Source: Promethearchaeota archaeon
GTDB taxonomy: Archaea; Asgardarchaeota; Lokiarchaeia; Sigyniarchaeales; SOKP01
NCBI GenBank assembly: GCA_048937405.1
Contig: JBHLNF010000001.1
Span: forward strand, 816,785 to 880,784
Direction of reading: 5' to 3'
DNA: 64,000 nt
The notes under the pieces are model-generated. The model searched no databases. It was not told the DNA's origin and saw only the letters and a program-made list of their open reading frames with translations. Positions 29,701-39,870 of the stretch are shown one piece after another. Every line of letters starts with the position of its first letter. Position 1 is the first letter of the stretch. The position numbers were made by a program, and so were the translations under genes.

Positions 29701-30255
29701 TTGAAACAAGTAAAGGGAGTAGTAATAATATCGATTGTAAAGTCGATTAAAGCAAACCATCAAAAAAGGGATGAATATGACAGAATACTTTCAGTTAAAG
29801 CAAAAGAATTTCTTAAGCAACGAATTCTGCCAGGATCATGGTATCCTTTTGAAGAATATCGAGAATGTTATGATGCTTTATGTTATGTAGAAGCCAGAAA
29901 TAATCCAAAAACTATTGTCGAATGGGGTATGACGGATGGAAAAAGTACATTTTTATCAACATATCAGTCTACAGTTATTAAAGAAGATATCCAACTTGCG
30001 GTTGAGAGATATGTACGATTTCACAGAAGAACTATGAATATTGGAGAAATTGTAACAGAAATCATCTCTGATAACGAAGTAAAATTTGCTTATACAAAAA
30101 TGCCGCGTGAATGGGAAAATTGGTATCATACAGCTGTAGGGTGGGCAATTTCATTTATAGGATTGTGTCTTAATAGACAAATAGATTACACTTATTTAAA
30201 TAAATCATGGAAAAACGAAGGTTGGACTGAAGTTAAATTTTCGTGGTCTTCTTGA
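29701..30255 (+). CDS. H-NOX/V4R-fold-like protein, tandem copy 7
   Basis: 184-aa paralog; RFH108, YTKMPR. Confidence 0.6.
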   Translation: MKQVKGVVIISIVKSIKANHQKRDEYDRILSVKAKEFLKQRILPGSWYPFEEYRECYDALCYVEARNNPKTIVEWGMTDGKSTFLSTYQSTVIKEDIQLAVERYVRFHRRTMNIGEIVTEIISDNEVKFAYTKMPREWENWYHTAVGWAISFIGLCLNRQIDYTYLNKSWKNEGWTEVKFSWSS

Positions 30256-30319
30256 ATTTAAGATAATTAGAAAAAAAAAATGATAAATATTTAAATGAAA
30301 ATAGCAAACTGAAAACGGC

Positions 30320-30526
30320 TTATACTAGTCCAATAGCAATTTTCATATCTGCAGCGGTTACTTTCTTTCTACCAGAGTGTTTTGCAATATCAAGCGCACA
30401 GCCAGTCAAACTTTTGGCATATTCTTCTAAATAATCCATTAATTTGTCAACTGCGGCTCGACTTACAATTTCTGCTCCGGCTTTCTTCATTAAAGCCCGT
30501 AAAGGACTCCATGCAAATGCGGCCAT
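30320..30526 (-). CDS. Archaeal histone (HMf-like, tailless)
   Basis: PLRALMKKAGAEIVS...IAKHSGRKKVTAADM histone fold; GGAGG RBS upstream. Confidence 0.93.
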   Translation of the reverse strand: MAAFAWSPLRALMKKAGAEIVSRAAVDKLMDYLEEYAKSLTGCALDIAKHSGRKKVTAADMKIAIGLV

Positions 30527-31035
30527 TTTTTATTCCTCCACTTGATTATACTTATTTTATATTCTTTTTTTAGAGTGTATTTAAATTTTAATTAGTATTA
30601 CTTATATTTAAATGTGTTGGTCGATTATCATTAATCCGATGCATATGATCAATCAAATATGGTCGACAAAAAAAAATGATTAAAAAAATTAACAAATTTT
30701 TTACTAGTGAATTCAATTAAATGAAAATGATCAATTTTTGATTTCAGATGACTAGATTATGATCGAACACTAATATAAAACCTATTATAAATATTGATAC
30801 ATTCATCCACTTCTCGATAAATCATATATGAGATAAAAGATTAAGGTATCTATCATCAAAAGATTTTATAATATAAAACTTATAAAGCACAATTTAGTTG
30901 ATTTCAAAATTCTTTATCTAGATTATTTAAATAAATTTTTTGCTGATATAAACAGGAGTCATTCTCTTTAATAATTTTATTTTATTCTATTATAATTATA
31001 TGTTAATAATTTACGTAAAAAATGGATGATAGAAA

Positions 31036-32121
31036 ATGGGCGAAACAAAACCTAAGATTTTAGTGGTCTCAGATATTCACTTAGGTTCCTTGGATTGTGA
31101 AAGGGATTTGTTTATTCAATTTTTACAAAATATTATTAATGGAGATTTAGGAGATGAAATAGAAACTCTTGTAATATTGGGAGATTTTATTGATTTATGT
31201 ATGGATGTTCCTGAACGTCTTTTAAAAAGAGACAAAGTGCAAAAAATATTTAGTCTTTTGCAAGATATTAGAAAATCAATAAACCTCGTTATTGTTTTGG
31301 GGAATCATGAGATTCCTGTTACTGGAGATTACGATGAGAAATTTAAACGTCGAGAGCTAAAGTTTTTACTCAAATTTAAGAATAGTACTTTCAATGAATT
31401 ATTTAACAAAGAGCTATACTGTCAATATTTATTATTAAAAAATTGGAATGATGAAGCTGTACTTTCATTATACGACTCGCGAGATCAAATTGAAAATAAT
31501 CCAATCAAACAAATAAAAATTAAAGGTATTGATTTAGATATGGAATATAAATGCTTTCTAACCCATGGATATCAATTTGATAGTGATATGTATAGGTTTT
31601 TTGTAGGACCAATATGGAAGTCTTTAATCTCTAATAATAAATTTGAAGTAAAAGAAACTTATGATTATTTTTGGAATGAGGTTGTTAAAGAGAAAAGAAA
31701 GATCAAACCAATTAAGCTTGATCAGATGAAAAAAGAATTAGTTGTTCTAAAGAAAATGCCTAAGGAAACGATAAACAGATTATTTTCTGGCTTAAGCCAT
31801 TTAGAATTTAACTTAATCAAAACAAACATGCGTATAATGACTAAATGGCAACGTGCGAGTCATCCTGATTATTATTTTGGTGAGATAAAAGCGTTTTTAG
31901 AGGATGACAAGTATAACCTTTCAAAAATTAACCACGTTATATATGGACACACTCATCACAGCGGGGTATCATATGGAAATATAAATAATCAGAGAGTCGA
32001 AATATTGAATAGTGGTTCTTGGCAGCACATGCAACCTTCTTTTATAGAAATTACTTCTGAAGGAAAATTGAATTTAAAGGGATATAATAAGAAAAAAGCA
32101 AATTTTTTTAGTTTAACCTAA
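31036..32121 (+). CDS. Calcineurin-like metallophosphoesterase
   Basis: SDIHLG, LGDFID, GNHE, THG, YGHTH, NSGSW motifs. Confidence 0.9.
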   Translation: MGETKPKILVVSDIHLGSLDCERDLFIQFLQNIINGDLGDEIETLVILGDFIDLCMDVPERLLKRDKVQKIFSLLQDIRKSINLVIVLGNHEIPVTGDYDEKFKRRELKFLLKFKNSTFNELFNKELYCQYLLLKNWNDEAVLSLYDSRDQIENNPIKQIKIKGIDLDMEYKCFLTHGYQFDSDMYRFFVGPIWKSLISNNKFEVKETYDYFWNEVVKEKRKIKPIKLDQMKKELVVLKKMPKETINRLFSGLSHLEFNLIKTNMRIMTKWQRASHPDYYFGEIKAFLEDDKYNLSKINHVIYGHTHHSGVSYGNINNQRVEILNSGSWQHMQPSFIEITSEGKLNLKGYNKKKANFFSLT

Positions 32122-32432
32122 AAAATTCATGAATTTATTTATATTCTCATGTCGAATTGTCTTATTTTTTTAAAAATTTTAAATATTAATGAAATTGAAT
32201 CATATATTTAATTATGAAAGGTATTAGTAGCAATAATTGAATAATAGTCTGATAAAAATACTTCTTAATTCATGGTTCATTTAATTTAGATTTATTTTTA
32301 TATGTTCAAAACTTATAAATCCCAGCTTTTATTTTTAATAATTATTAATTTTAAAATATAAGAATTCAATTATAAAAAACTAAAAATATCTATTACTTAA
32401 ATTATATCAAGAATTAGGAGTCTTACCCAATC

Positions 32433-33014
32433 ATGCAAAAGTCCGAGGAAAAGCCTGTATATATATTTAAGTTTTGCATACTTGGTCAAGAACGTGTAGG
32501 GAAAACATGTATTGCAAAAAGATTATGTTTTAATACCTTTGATGTCAATACTAAAGAAACATTAGGAATTGAGTTTTATACAAAAGACCTTCCAATAGTT
32601 GTGGATGGTGAGAACTCATTTGTACGAATTAGTATCTGGGATTTTGGTGGACGAGAGCAATTCAAAAAATTATTTCCCTATTATATTAATGGAGCCAATG
32701 GTATTTTCATGGTATTTAATTTAATAGACCTTCAAACATTACTAAGATTAGATTGGTGGTATGAAAAATTGGAAGAGTATGAGCAGTATAATACCCCGCG
32801 AATGATAATAGGTGCAAAAAATGATCTTGTTATAACTGCAGATGAAAAAACTAGGGTTGATGATTTAGTTATTAAAAGATTTAAAGAAAGACATAAGGAA
32901 ACGGATTTTTATAGAACTTCTTCTAAAGAAAACTTTAACATTGAATTAATCTTTAAAGAATTGGTTATTAGAGTTTTAGAGAAAAATAAATTAGATTATG
33001 ATCGATTGTTATAA
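32433..33014 (+). CDS. Rab-like small GTPase
   Basis: GQERVGKT, TLGIEF, WDFGG, AKND, SSK. Confidence 0.9.
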   Translation: MQKSEEKPVYIFKFCILGQERVGKTCIAKRLCFNTFDVNTKETLGIEFYTKDLPIVVDGENSFVRISIWDFGGREQFKKLFPYYINGANGIFMVFNLIDLQTLLRLDWWYEKLEEYEQYNTPRMIIGAKNDLVITADEKTRVDDLVIKRFKERHKETDFYRTSSKENFNIELIFKELVIRVLEKNKLDYDRLL

Positions 33015-33169
33015 AGAAGTTTGTTATATAGTTTTTTTAAGACAAATCTTTTATCTATCATCATATATTTATATTTAGGGATCTAAATAAAAGATAATAC
33101 TAATTTTTCATGAATCAGTTGGAGATCTTTCAATTTTAAACAATCCTGGGAATAATTTAACCTTTTTAT

Positions 33170-34147
33170 TTAAAATAAAATGATAAGAACACCCAAAATT
33201 GTTAAAACTACTCCTAAAAAGCCCCATTTTGGTATTTTTTCCTTATTTATAAAATAAGTTAGCGGAAGTGCAAATAAAGGAGAAGCACTTGCGATTAAAG
33301 ATACAACACTAGCCCCAGCAATATGTACAGCTTCGGTATATAGATATGCTCCAAGTGAAGTACCAATTATAGAAGCAACTAATAAATAGATCCATGAGTT
33401 AAGCGATATCCTTTGCTTTAAGGAATCATTCTCTTTTTTCTTTAAATTATTTTCTCTCAATACCATTAAACCTAAGAGAGATAATGCAAATGGAAACCGG
33501 ATTACATTTCCTACGATAGAACTCAATTCTTCAACATTTATAATTTGATCTATTTGATTAGTTGCATAATCAATTAAGACAGCTCCTACAGCCCATCCTA
33601 GAGCTGCTGTAAGACAAAATGCTAATGCCTTCATAAAATTCTTTTCAAAGACTTTCTGAAATCTGGTTTTTATTGATCCTCGTGATGTCATATCCTTTTC
33701 CATTATTGAATTATCAGATTTATTTTTAGATTTTCCAATTATTATGATTCCAATTCCAATTAAAATTAGAGATAAAAGTAAATTCAGTTTTAAAGATTGT
33801 TTAAGAAAGATCATAGATAAAATAAAGGTAAAAATTGGAAAAATCATGGATATGGCAAGAGCTATTGTGGTCCCTAATTCCTTTTGAGCAGTAAAATAAG
33901 CAGTATCAGCAATTACCTGACCAAAAATGAAACTTAAAATTAATAATAACCACAATTCCCATGGTATAATTAGTATTAGATTGAATTGGTTTAAGAGAAT
34001 TATAATAAGTAGGAAAGTTAAAGTTCCAATTCCTGTTCGAAAGAAATTGATTAAAGTTGGACTAACTTCTTTTTCTGTTTTACGAAAAAGAACATTAGAT
34101 CCTGCAAAAGTTAGTACTGCTGAAATTGCAATAAGTTCCCCAAACAT
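33170..34147 (-). CDS. DMT/EamA family transporter
   Basis: Ten TM helices in two repeats; ASASPLFALPLTYFINKEKI. Confidence 0.88.
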   Translation of the reverse strand: MFGELIAISAVLTFAGSNVLFRKTEKEVSPTLINFFRTGIGTLTFLLIIILLNQFNLILIIPWELWLLLILSFIFGQVIADTAYFTAQKELGTTIALAISMIFPIFTFILSMIFLKQSLKLNLLLSLILIGIGIIIIGKSKNKSDNSIMEKDMTSRGSIKTRFQKVFEKNFMKALAFCLTAALGWAVGAVLIDYATNQIDQIINVEELSSIVGNVIRFPFALSLLGLMVLRENNLKKKENDSLKQRISLNSWIYLLVASIIGTSLGAYLYTEAVHIAGASVVSLIASASPLFALPLTYFINKEKIPKWGFLGVVLTILGVLIILF

Positions 34148-34224
34148 TGAGCATATGAATTAAAGGAAACCTAAATTGTTTAGTATAATATCATACTCTG
34201 CAATAAAAATAAAAATGTTATGTA

Positions 34225-35691
34225 CTAATTATTTTTATTATGCAACATTGCTATTTTCTTTCCAAATTCATATAATTTTAAAAAAGATTTAGCTCCCCGT
34301 TCAATTGAAGGATAAACGATAAACCCATCATCAATAAGAAGTTCATAATAATCGTTGCGAATTTTCATTGGGGTTTCTGATAAAATTAATATCAAAATCT
34401 TATTTAAAGATTCAACATATTCTCTTATCTCCTTTAAATTGACATAATATTCTTTAAATCGTTCCTTATCTTCAAAACCAAAAGCATTTGTGTGCATAAT
34501 TACCAGATTAATATCTTCTGAAATCGCCGCTTTACATAAATCAACATAATGTTCTGATCGTGAAACCCATGGTAAGTCTAATGGATTATTGAGAGATCCT
34601 ATTTTAATTGGGAAGACTTTCATTAACCGTTCTTTAGTTTTTCCTTCAAATAAAGGTAAATTAAGTTTTAACCTTGTTAGAGTATCAGTATCAAGAATTC
34701 CTAATCCACCTGACCACATAATAACTAAGACATTTTTTCCTTTAGGATAATACTTGATCTGTTTTTCAAAAGTTAATTCTCTATATTTTTTAAAAAAACT
34801 ATCAAAAATGAACATATAATCAATCATTTCATCTAAACAGCTTCCTACTTCAATTAGAGATGTTTGATTAAATATTGCTCTCCATATTTTTTCATCTGAT
34901 CCCAAGGAACCAGTATGTGTTTGAACAGCAGATTGAGCGCGCTTAGTCATACCACCACGTAAAAATAATATTGGTTTTTTCACTTTCTTTAACCTCTTAA
35001 GTAATTCTTTTCCTGCTGATTTTTGATATTTTGAAAAACCTTCAAAATAAATACTAATTAAGTCAATTTCATCATCTTTCTCGAAATAATCTAAAAAATC
35101 GGTTACTTGCAAACTTACACAATTTCCTATACTAGCTCCTTTCGAAAATGTAAGGCGATATCTACTATATCCATAGTTTATAGCTCTTGAATGTAAATCA
35201 CCAGAATGATAAATTAAACCTATATTCCCCTTATCTAGGGGGAATCTAGGAAGGTATGCTGTTTTCCCACTGGGACAATACACACCCATGCAATTTGGAC
35301 CTATTGCTTTTATACTAGGGTGATTATCAAAAAAGTTTTTCAATTGTTTTTCAATATTTGCTCCAATTTCATCAAATTCTCCTGTTCCTGCAGTAAAAAT
35401 GTGTATAAATTCAATTTTCTTTATGTCTGTAATTTCTTCTAAAGTTCTTAAAAGAATATCTCTTCTAACAGCTAAAATCAGTAAATCAATTGTATCATCA
35501 GGTATATCTTCAATCTTTTTATAACACTCAATTCCAAAGATTTCTCTCTCAGTTGGTGATATTAGATATAATTTCTCTAAATCATATCCTTGCATTTTAA
35601 AGCCCTCAATAAAAAACTTATATCTCTCTTTTGCTTCAAATATTACTACATTTCGGGGTTTAAATAAAAGATCTAATGATTTTTTTTCCAC
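34225..35691 (-). CDS. Acyl-CoA synthetase (NDP-forming) alpha-subunit-like CoA-binding protein
   Basis: IGPNCMG, SIGN, phospho-His motif HTGSLG, SGG, NNPLDL. Confidence 0.85.
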   Translation of the reverse strand: MEKKSLDLLFKPRNVVIFEAKERYKFFIEGFKMQGYDLEKLYLISPTEREIFGIECYKKIEDIPDDTIDLLILAVRRDILLRTLEEITDIKKIEFIHIFTAGTGEFDEIGANIEKQLKNFFDNHPSIKAIGPNCMGVYCPSGKTAYLPRFPLDKGNIGLIYHSGDLHSRAINYGYSRYRLTFSKGASIGNCVSLQVTDFLDYFEKDDEIDLISIYFEGFSKYQKSAGKELLKRLKKVKKPILFLRGGMTKRAQSAVQTHTGSLGSDEKIWRAIFNQTSLIEVGSCLDEMIDYMFIFDSFFKKYRELTFEKQIKYYPKGKNVLVIMWSGGLGILDTDTLTRLKLNLPLFEGKTKERLMKVFPIKIGSLNNPLDLPWVSRSEHYVDLCKAAISEDINLVIMHTNAFGFEDKERFKEYYVNLKEIREYVESLNKILILILSETPMKIRNDYYELLIDDGFIVYPSIERGAKSFLKLYEFGKKIAMLHNKNN

Positions 35692-35936
35692 AATACTTAC
35701 CTTTTATAATATCCATCAATTAACTGGGATTATAATGATTTAATATTAAGTTAAAATATCTTATTAAGCATTAGATTTAGAGTTTTGGATTTTTTTATAT
35801 ATAATAAATGAGATTTGATGTAGATTTACTATGTTGAGAATTTCAAGAAAAGAGTAAAAATTTGAATATATATGACTTTTTCTTGTAATTATTATAATTT
35901 CAAAAATAGATTGTCCCTAATACCAATGTATACATT

Positions 35937-36545
35937 CTACTTTTTTTTTTTACTCTCATTGTTACTTGACATTGTTAAATCCATATTACAATTATAGCAA
36001 AATTTGGGGATAGAATCAAATATGGTTCCACAATTAGGACATTCACTTTTATTTTTGTTTGCTACAATAAATAAATCTTCAATCTGAGATTCAATTTCAA
36101 TCTTTTTAAGTTTTTTCAATAGTAAAGAAAGGAAAATTGAGAATCCAATAATTACAATCCCAAGTATGATTGATTGACCAAGAAGAGGATAGAAATTTGA
36201 TTTAAAATATAATTTTGACTTTTTTTTTAAAAATACGTAAAAAAAAAAGCAGGGAAAGAATAATGTTGAGAGATTCATTGAAGAAGCCTTTTTGAAATTG
36301 TTAAATAGAAATATTGGAATTAGTGATATTAAAAGCCAGCTTATGTATATAAAATAAAAACCTTGTAAATTATCAAACAAAGTTAAGTTTGCTAAGTATT
36401 GTATTATAAATTCTTGAGCTTTTGTGGTTTCATCATCAAAATTTATAGTCGTCTCATTTCCAACTATAAAAAATAAAATATTTAGAAGGAGTATTTGAAG
36501 AGTAAATATGATTATTCTATTTCTTAAAATATCAATTATCTTCAT
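35937..36545 (-). CDS. Membrane protein with C-terminal zinc ribbon
   Basis: About four TM helices, then CPNCG...FCYNC. Confidence 0.65.
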   Translation of the reverse strand: MKIIDILRNRIIIFTLQILLLNILFFIVGNETTINFDDETTKAQEFIIQYLANLTLFDNLQGFYFIYISWLLISLIPIFLFNNFKKASSMNLSTLFFPCFFFYVFLKKKSKLYFKSNFYPLLGQSIILGIVIIGFSIFLSLLLKKLKKIEIESQIEDLFIVANKNKSECPNCGTIFDSIPKFCYNCNMDLTMSSNNESKKKK

Positions 36546-36916
36546 TATTATGTAATTAAATTTGTTTATAAATTAAATTCTTTTTTAGAAATTAAAAATT
36601 CGGAGGACAAAATTTTTCAAATATTTATTTTAATTCAAATTTAGACACAAAATCTTTTTAAAATCTAAATTTAGATACATTAAAACTTGGATTTAGAATA
36701 CATTTAATTTTATTAAGTAATAGAATTATATTAGTATTGCCCAAAACAATAAAATTTTTAATATTTCCTTCCTATTATTAATTACAGTGGAAGAATTATT
36801 TTCTTATTTTTTAAAATTAGTATTTTATAATTGTTATAAAGGATGTTTTCTCCCATGATTTGTACTTCTTCTTCAAAATTAATAGGTGAAATAAACATTA
36901 TTGAGGTCTTATTTTT

Positions 36917-39838
36917 ATGAGTTATACCTTTTCAAGAATGAAAATGATTGAAAAAATCAAATTTGGACTTTTAAGCCCTAATGAGATACGTAAAATGTCA
37001 GCAGCCCGTATAATTACCGCGGATACTTATGACGAGGATGGGCTCCCGATACCAAGCGGACTTATGGACCAAAGATTGGGTACCATCGAACCTGGACAAC
37101 GCTGTCAAACCTGTGGTAATCTCGTATCAAATTGTATGGGGCACTTCGGACATATAGAATTGGCAAGACCTGTTATTCACGTTGGATATGCAAAAAAGGT
37201 TTTAAAAGTTCTAAGGAGTATATGTCCTGAATGTAGCAAATTAATGCTTACTGAAGAGGAAAAAGAAAAATTCAGACAAGAACAACAACAGCATCGGAAA
37301 ATATTTTTTGAAGGTGATGAGGATGCTGCAAAGATTGTATTTAAAAGGGCTAGAAAAACTAAAATTTGTCCATATTGTGAATCAAAAAAGAAGAAGATAA
37401 TTATCGAAAAACCAACTACTTTTTATGAAGAAGAAGAAGGAAAAGGTTCACGGAGAATAACACCAATTGAGATTTTAGAACGCTTAAAAAAAATTGGTGA
37501 TGCTGATCTTAGAATACTTGGTATTTCTCCTGAAAATGCACGTCTTGAATGGGTTGTATTTACAGTATTACCAATTCCTCCAGTGTGTGCGAGACCGTCA
37601 ATTACTTTAGATAGTGGTATTCGTTCTGAAGATGATCTAACTCATAAATTGGTTGATGTTATTCGAATTAATCAAAGATTGAGAGAAAATATTGATGCTG
37701 GAGCTCCACATTTAATAGTTGAAGATCTCTGGGAATTATTACAATATCATATCACAACTTATTTTGATAATCAAGTTTCTGGGATTCCTCCTGCTAGACA
37801 TCGTTCTGGGAGAGCTCTTAGAACATTAACTCAGAGATTAAAAGGCAAGGAGGGCAGATTTAGGAGCAATCTCAGTGGAAAGAGAGTTGATTTTTCTGCT
37901 CGTAGTGTTATATCACCAAATCCTTATATAAGCATTAATGAAGTGGGAGTACCAATTGAAATCGCAAAAATTTTAACGATCCCTACTAATGTTAATGATT
38001 GGAATATTGAAGAAATGAAACAAATGGTCTTAAATGGACCCTTTAAACATCCTGGCGCAAATTATATTATTCGTAATGATCGGAGAAGAATCGATCTTAG
38101 ATATGTAAAAAACAGGAAAATTATTGCTGATATGTTAGCACCAGGATTTACTATTGAACGGCATCTAAATGATGGAGATTTAGTGCTATTCAATCGTCAA
38201 CCTTCACTTCATAGAATGTCAATAATGGCTCATGAGGTAAGAATCATGGAAGGAAGAACTTTTCGATTAAATTTAACTGTATGTCCACCATATAATGCTG
38301 ATTTTGATGGAGATGAAATGAATTTACATGTACCACAAAGTGAAGAAGCTCGTACAGAAGCAGAGTTACTTCTTAAAGTTCAAGAACATATCTTATCTCC
38401 GCGATTTGGAGGTCCAATTCTTGGGGGTATCCAAGACTTTATTTCAAGTGTGTTTCAATTTACTAGTAAGGATTCATTATATAGTAAAAAGGATACTTTA
38501 AAACTTTTATATATTGGTGACGTATATAAAAATAATCCAAATTTTAATTTTAATCAACTTATTCCAGTAACAACTGATCCAGAACCTAAATATTCTGGAA
38601 AACAAATTTTCAGTACATTATTTCCTGATGATCTTAATATTAAAGTAAAATCAAAATTTTGCAAGAAATGTGAGGTATGTGAGGAAGAGGATTGTCCTTA
38701 TGATGCATATGTTGTTATAAGAAATGGTCAATTGATAAAAGGAACAATCGATGAAAATTCATTTGGTGCTATGCAATCAAATAGTATTTTGCAGCGTATC
38801 ATAAAAGATCATGGTAATGCTCTAGGTAGACAATTCTTGGATAGCGCCACTAAAATGCTCTTGTATGTTATTAGACAAAATGGAATGACTATGGGATTAG
38901 ACGAGGTTTATGTACATGGACATGCATATGAAGAAATTCAAAGGATTCTACAAGAAGCAAATACTGAATCTGAGAAGTTAATTGACGCCTTCTATAACAA
39001 TGATACGAAAACTTTAAGAAGAGCGCCAGGACGTTCAATGAGGGAGACATTAGAATTAAGGATCAGACAGGTATTAGCAGAAGCCAGAAAAAAAGCAGAA
39101 GAAACTGCAGCCGAATTCATTGGAGATGAAGCTCATTCGGTTATTATGACTAAATCTGGAGCGCGAGGTAATATTTTAAATTTGGGACAAATGTCTGCAG
39201 TTGTTGGACAACAGGCAATTAGGGGCGAAAGAATTAATCGAGGATATAGTATGCGAACTTTACCTCATTTTAAGATTAACGATCTGACTCCTAAATCTAG
39301 AGGTTTTGTTTCTTCTTCTTATAGAAATGGATTAAAACCGGTAGAATTCTTTTTTCATGCAATGGGAGGAAGAGAAGGATTAGTTGATACGGCAGTAAGA
39401 ACATCTACATCTGGTTATATGCAACGAAGATTAGTAAATGCATTACAAGATATGGTAATAGAGAATGATGGTACTGTCAGAAATTCGGATAAAAATGTTA
39501 TCCAGTTTACATTTGGAGATGATGGCGTGGAACCTACTCATACAGATCATGGAAAAGCAGTAAATCTAGATGTATTATTGCTTAAAGCAAAAGCTCTTGA
39601 TGTAGACGCAATTCGCGAAGAAATTAAAAAAGATTCCAAAACAACTAAATCAACTTCAAAAAAAGAAAAAATCTCTGAAGAAAAACCAGTTAAAACTACT
39701 AAAACAAAACCACAAAAAAAAGAATTAAATGAAGAAGACTTGATAAAACAATTTAGTGATGAAACTGGTAAAAATGCTATATGGCGAGGGAAAGAAACCA
39801 AGGCTTATTTAGATTGGAAAACCGAAAAATTTGGATAA
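36917..39838 (+). CDS. rpoA1: DNA-directed RNA polymerase subunit A' (Rpo1N) with C-terminal extension
   Basis: NADFDGD catalytic motif, GHFGHIELA, GGREGLVDTAVRT. Confidence 0.98.
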   Translation: MSYTFSRMKMIEKIKFGLLSPNEIRKMSAARIITADTYDEDGLPIPSGLMDQRLGTIEPGQRCQTCGNLVSNCMGHFGHIELARPVIHVGYAKKVLKVLRSICPECSKLMLTEEEKEKFRQEQQQHRKIFFEGDEDAAKIVFKRARKTKICPYCESKKKKIIIEKPTTFYEEEEGKGSRRITPIEILERLKKIGDADLRILGISPENARLEWVVFTVLPIPPVCARPSITLDSGIRSEDDLTHKLVDVIRINQRLRENIDAGAPHLIVEDLWELLQYHITTYFDNQVSGIPPARHRSGRALRTLTQRLKGKEGRFRSNLSGKRVDFSARSVISPNPYISINEVGVPIEIAKILTIPTNVNDWNIEEMKQMVLNGPFKHPGANYIIRNDRRRIDLRYVKNRKIIADMLAPGFTIERHLNDGDLVLFNRQPSLHRMSIMAHEVRIMEGRTFRLNLTVCPPYNADFDGDEMNLHVPQSEEARTEAELLLKVQEHILSPRFGGPILGGIQDFISSVFQFTSKDSLYSKKDTLKLLYIGDVYKNNPNFNFNQLIPVTTDPEPKYSGKQIFSTLFPDDLNIKVKSKFCKKCEVCEEEDCPYDAYVVIRNGQLIKGTIDENSFGAMQSNSILQRIIKDHGNALGRQFLDSATKMLLYVIRQNGMTMGLDEVYVHGHAYEEIQRILQEANTESEKLIDAFYNNDTKTLRRAPGRSMRETLELRIRQVLAEARKKAEETAAEFIGDEAHSVIMTKSGARGNILNLGQMSAVVGQQAIRGERINRGYSMRTLPHFKINDLTPKSRGFVSSSYRNGLKPVEFFFHAMGGREGLVDTAVRTSTSGYMQRRLVNALQDMVIENDGTVRNSDKNVIQFTFGDDGVEPTHTDHGKAVNLDVLLLKAKALDVDAIREEIKKDSKTTKSTSKKEKISEEKPVKTTKTKPQKKELNEEDLIKQFSDETGKNAIWRGKETKAYLDWKTEKFG

Positions 39839-39870
39839 ATATTTTATTTTAAAAAGAAGGGATTTTAATA

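Noticed and set aside
24701-30255. Array as a diversity-generating retroelement target set or CRISPR-like array
   Set aside because: No reverse transcriptase, no adenine-specific TR/VR pair and no short repeat-spacer structure; differences are spread over whole genes.
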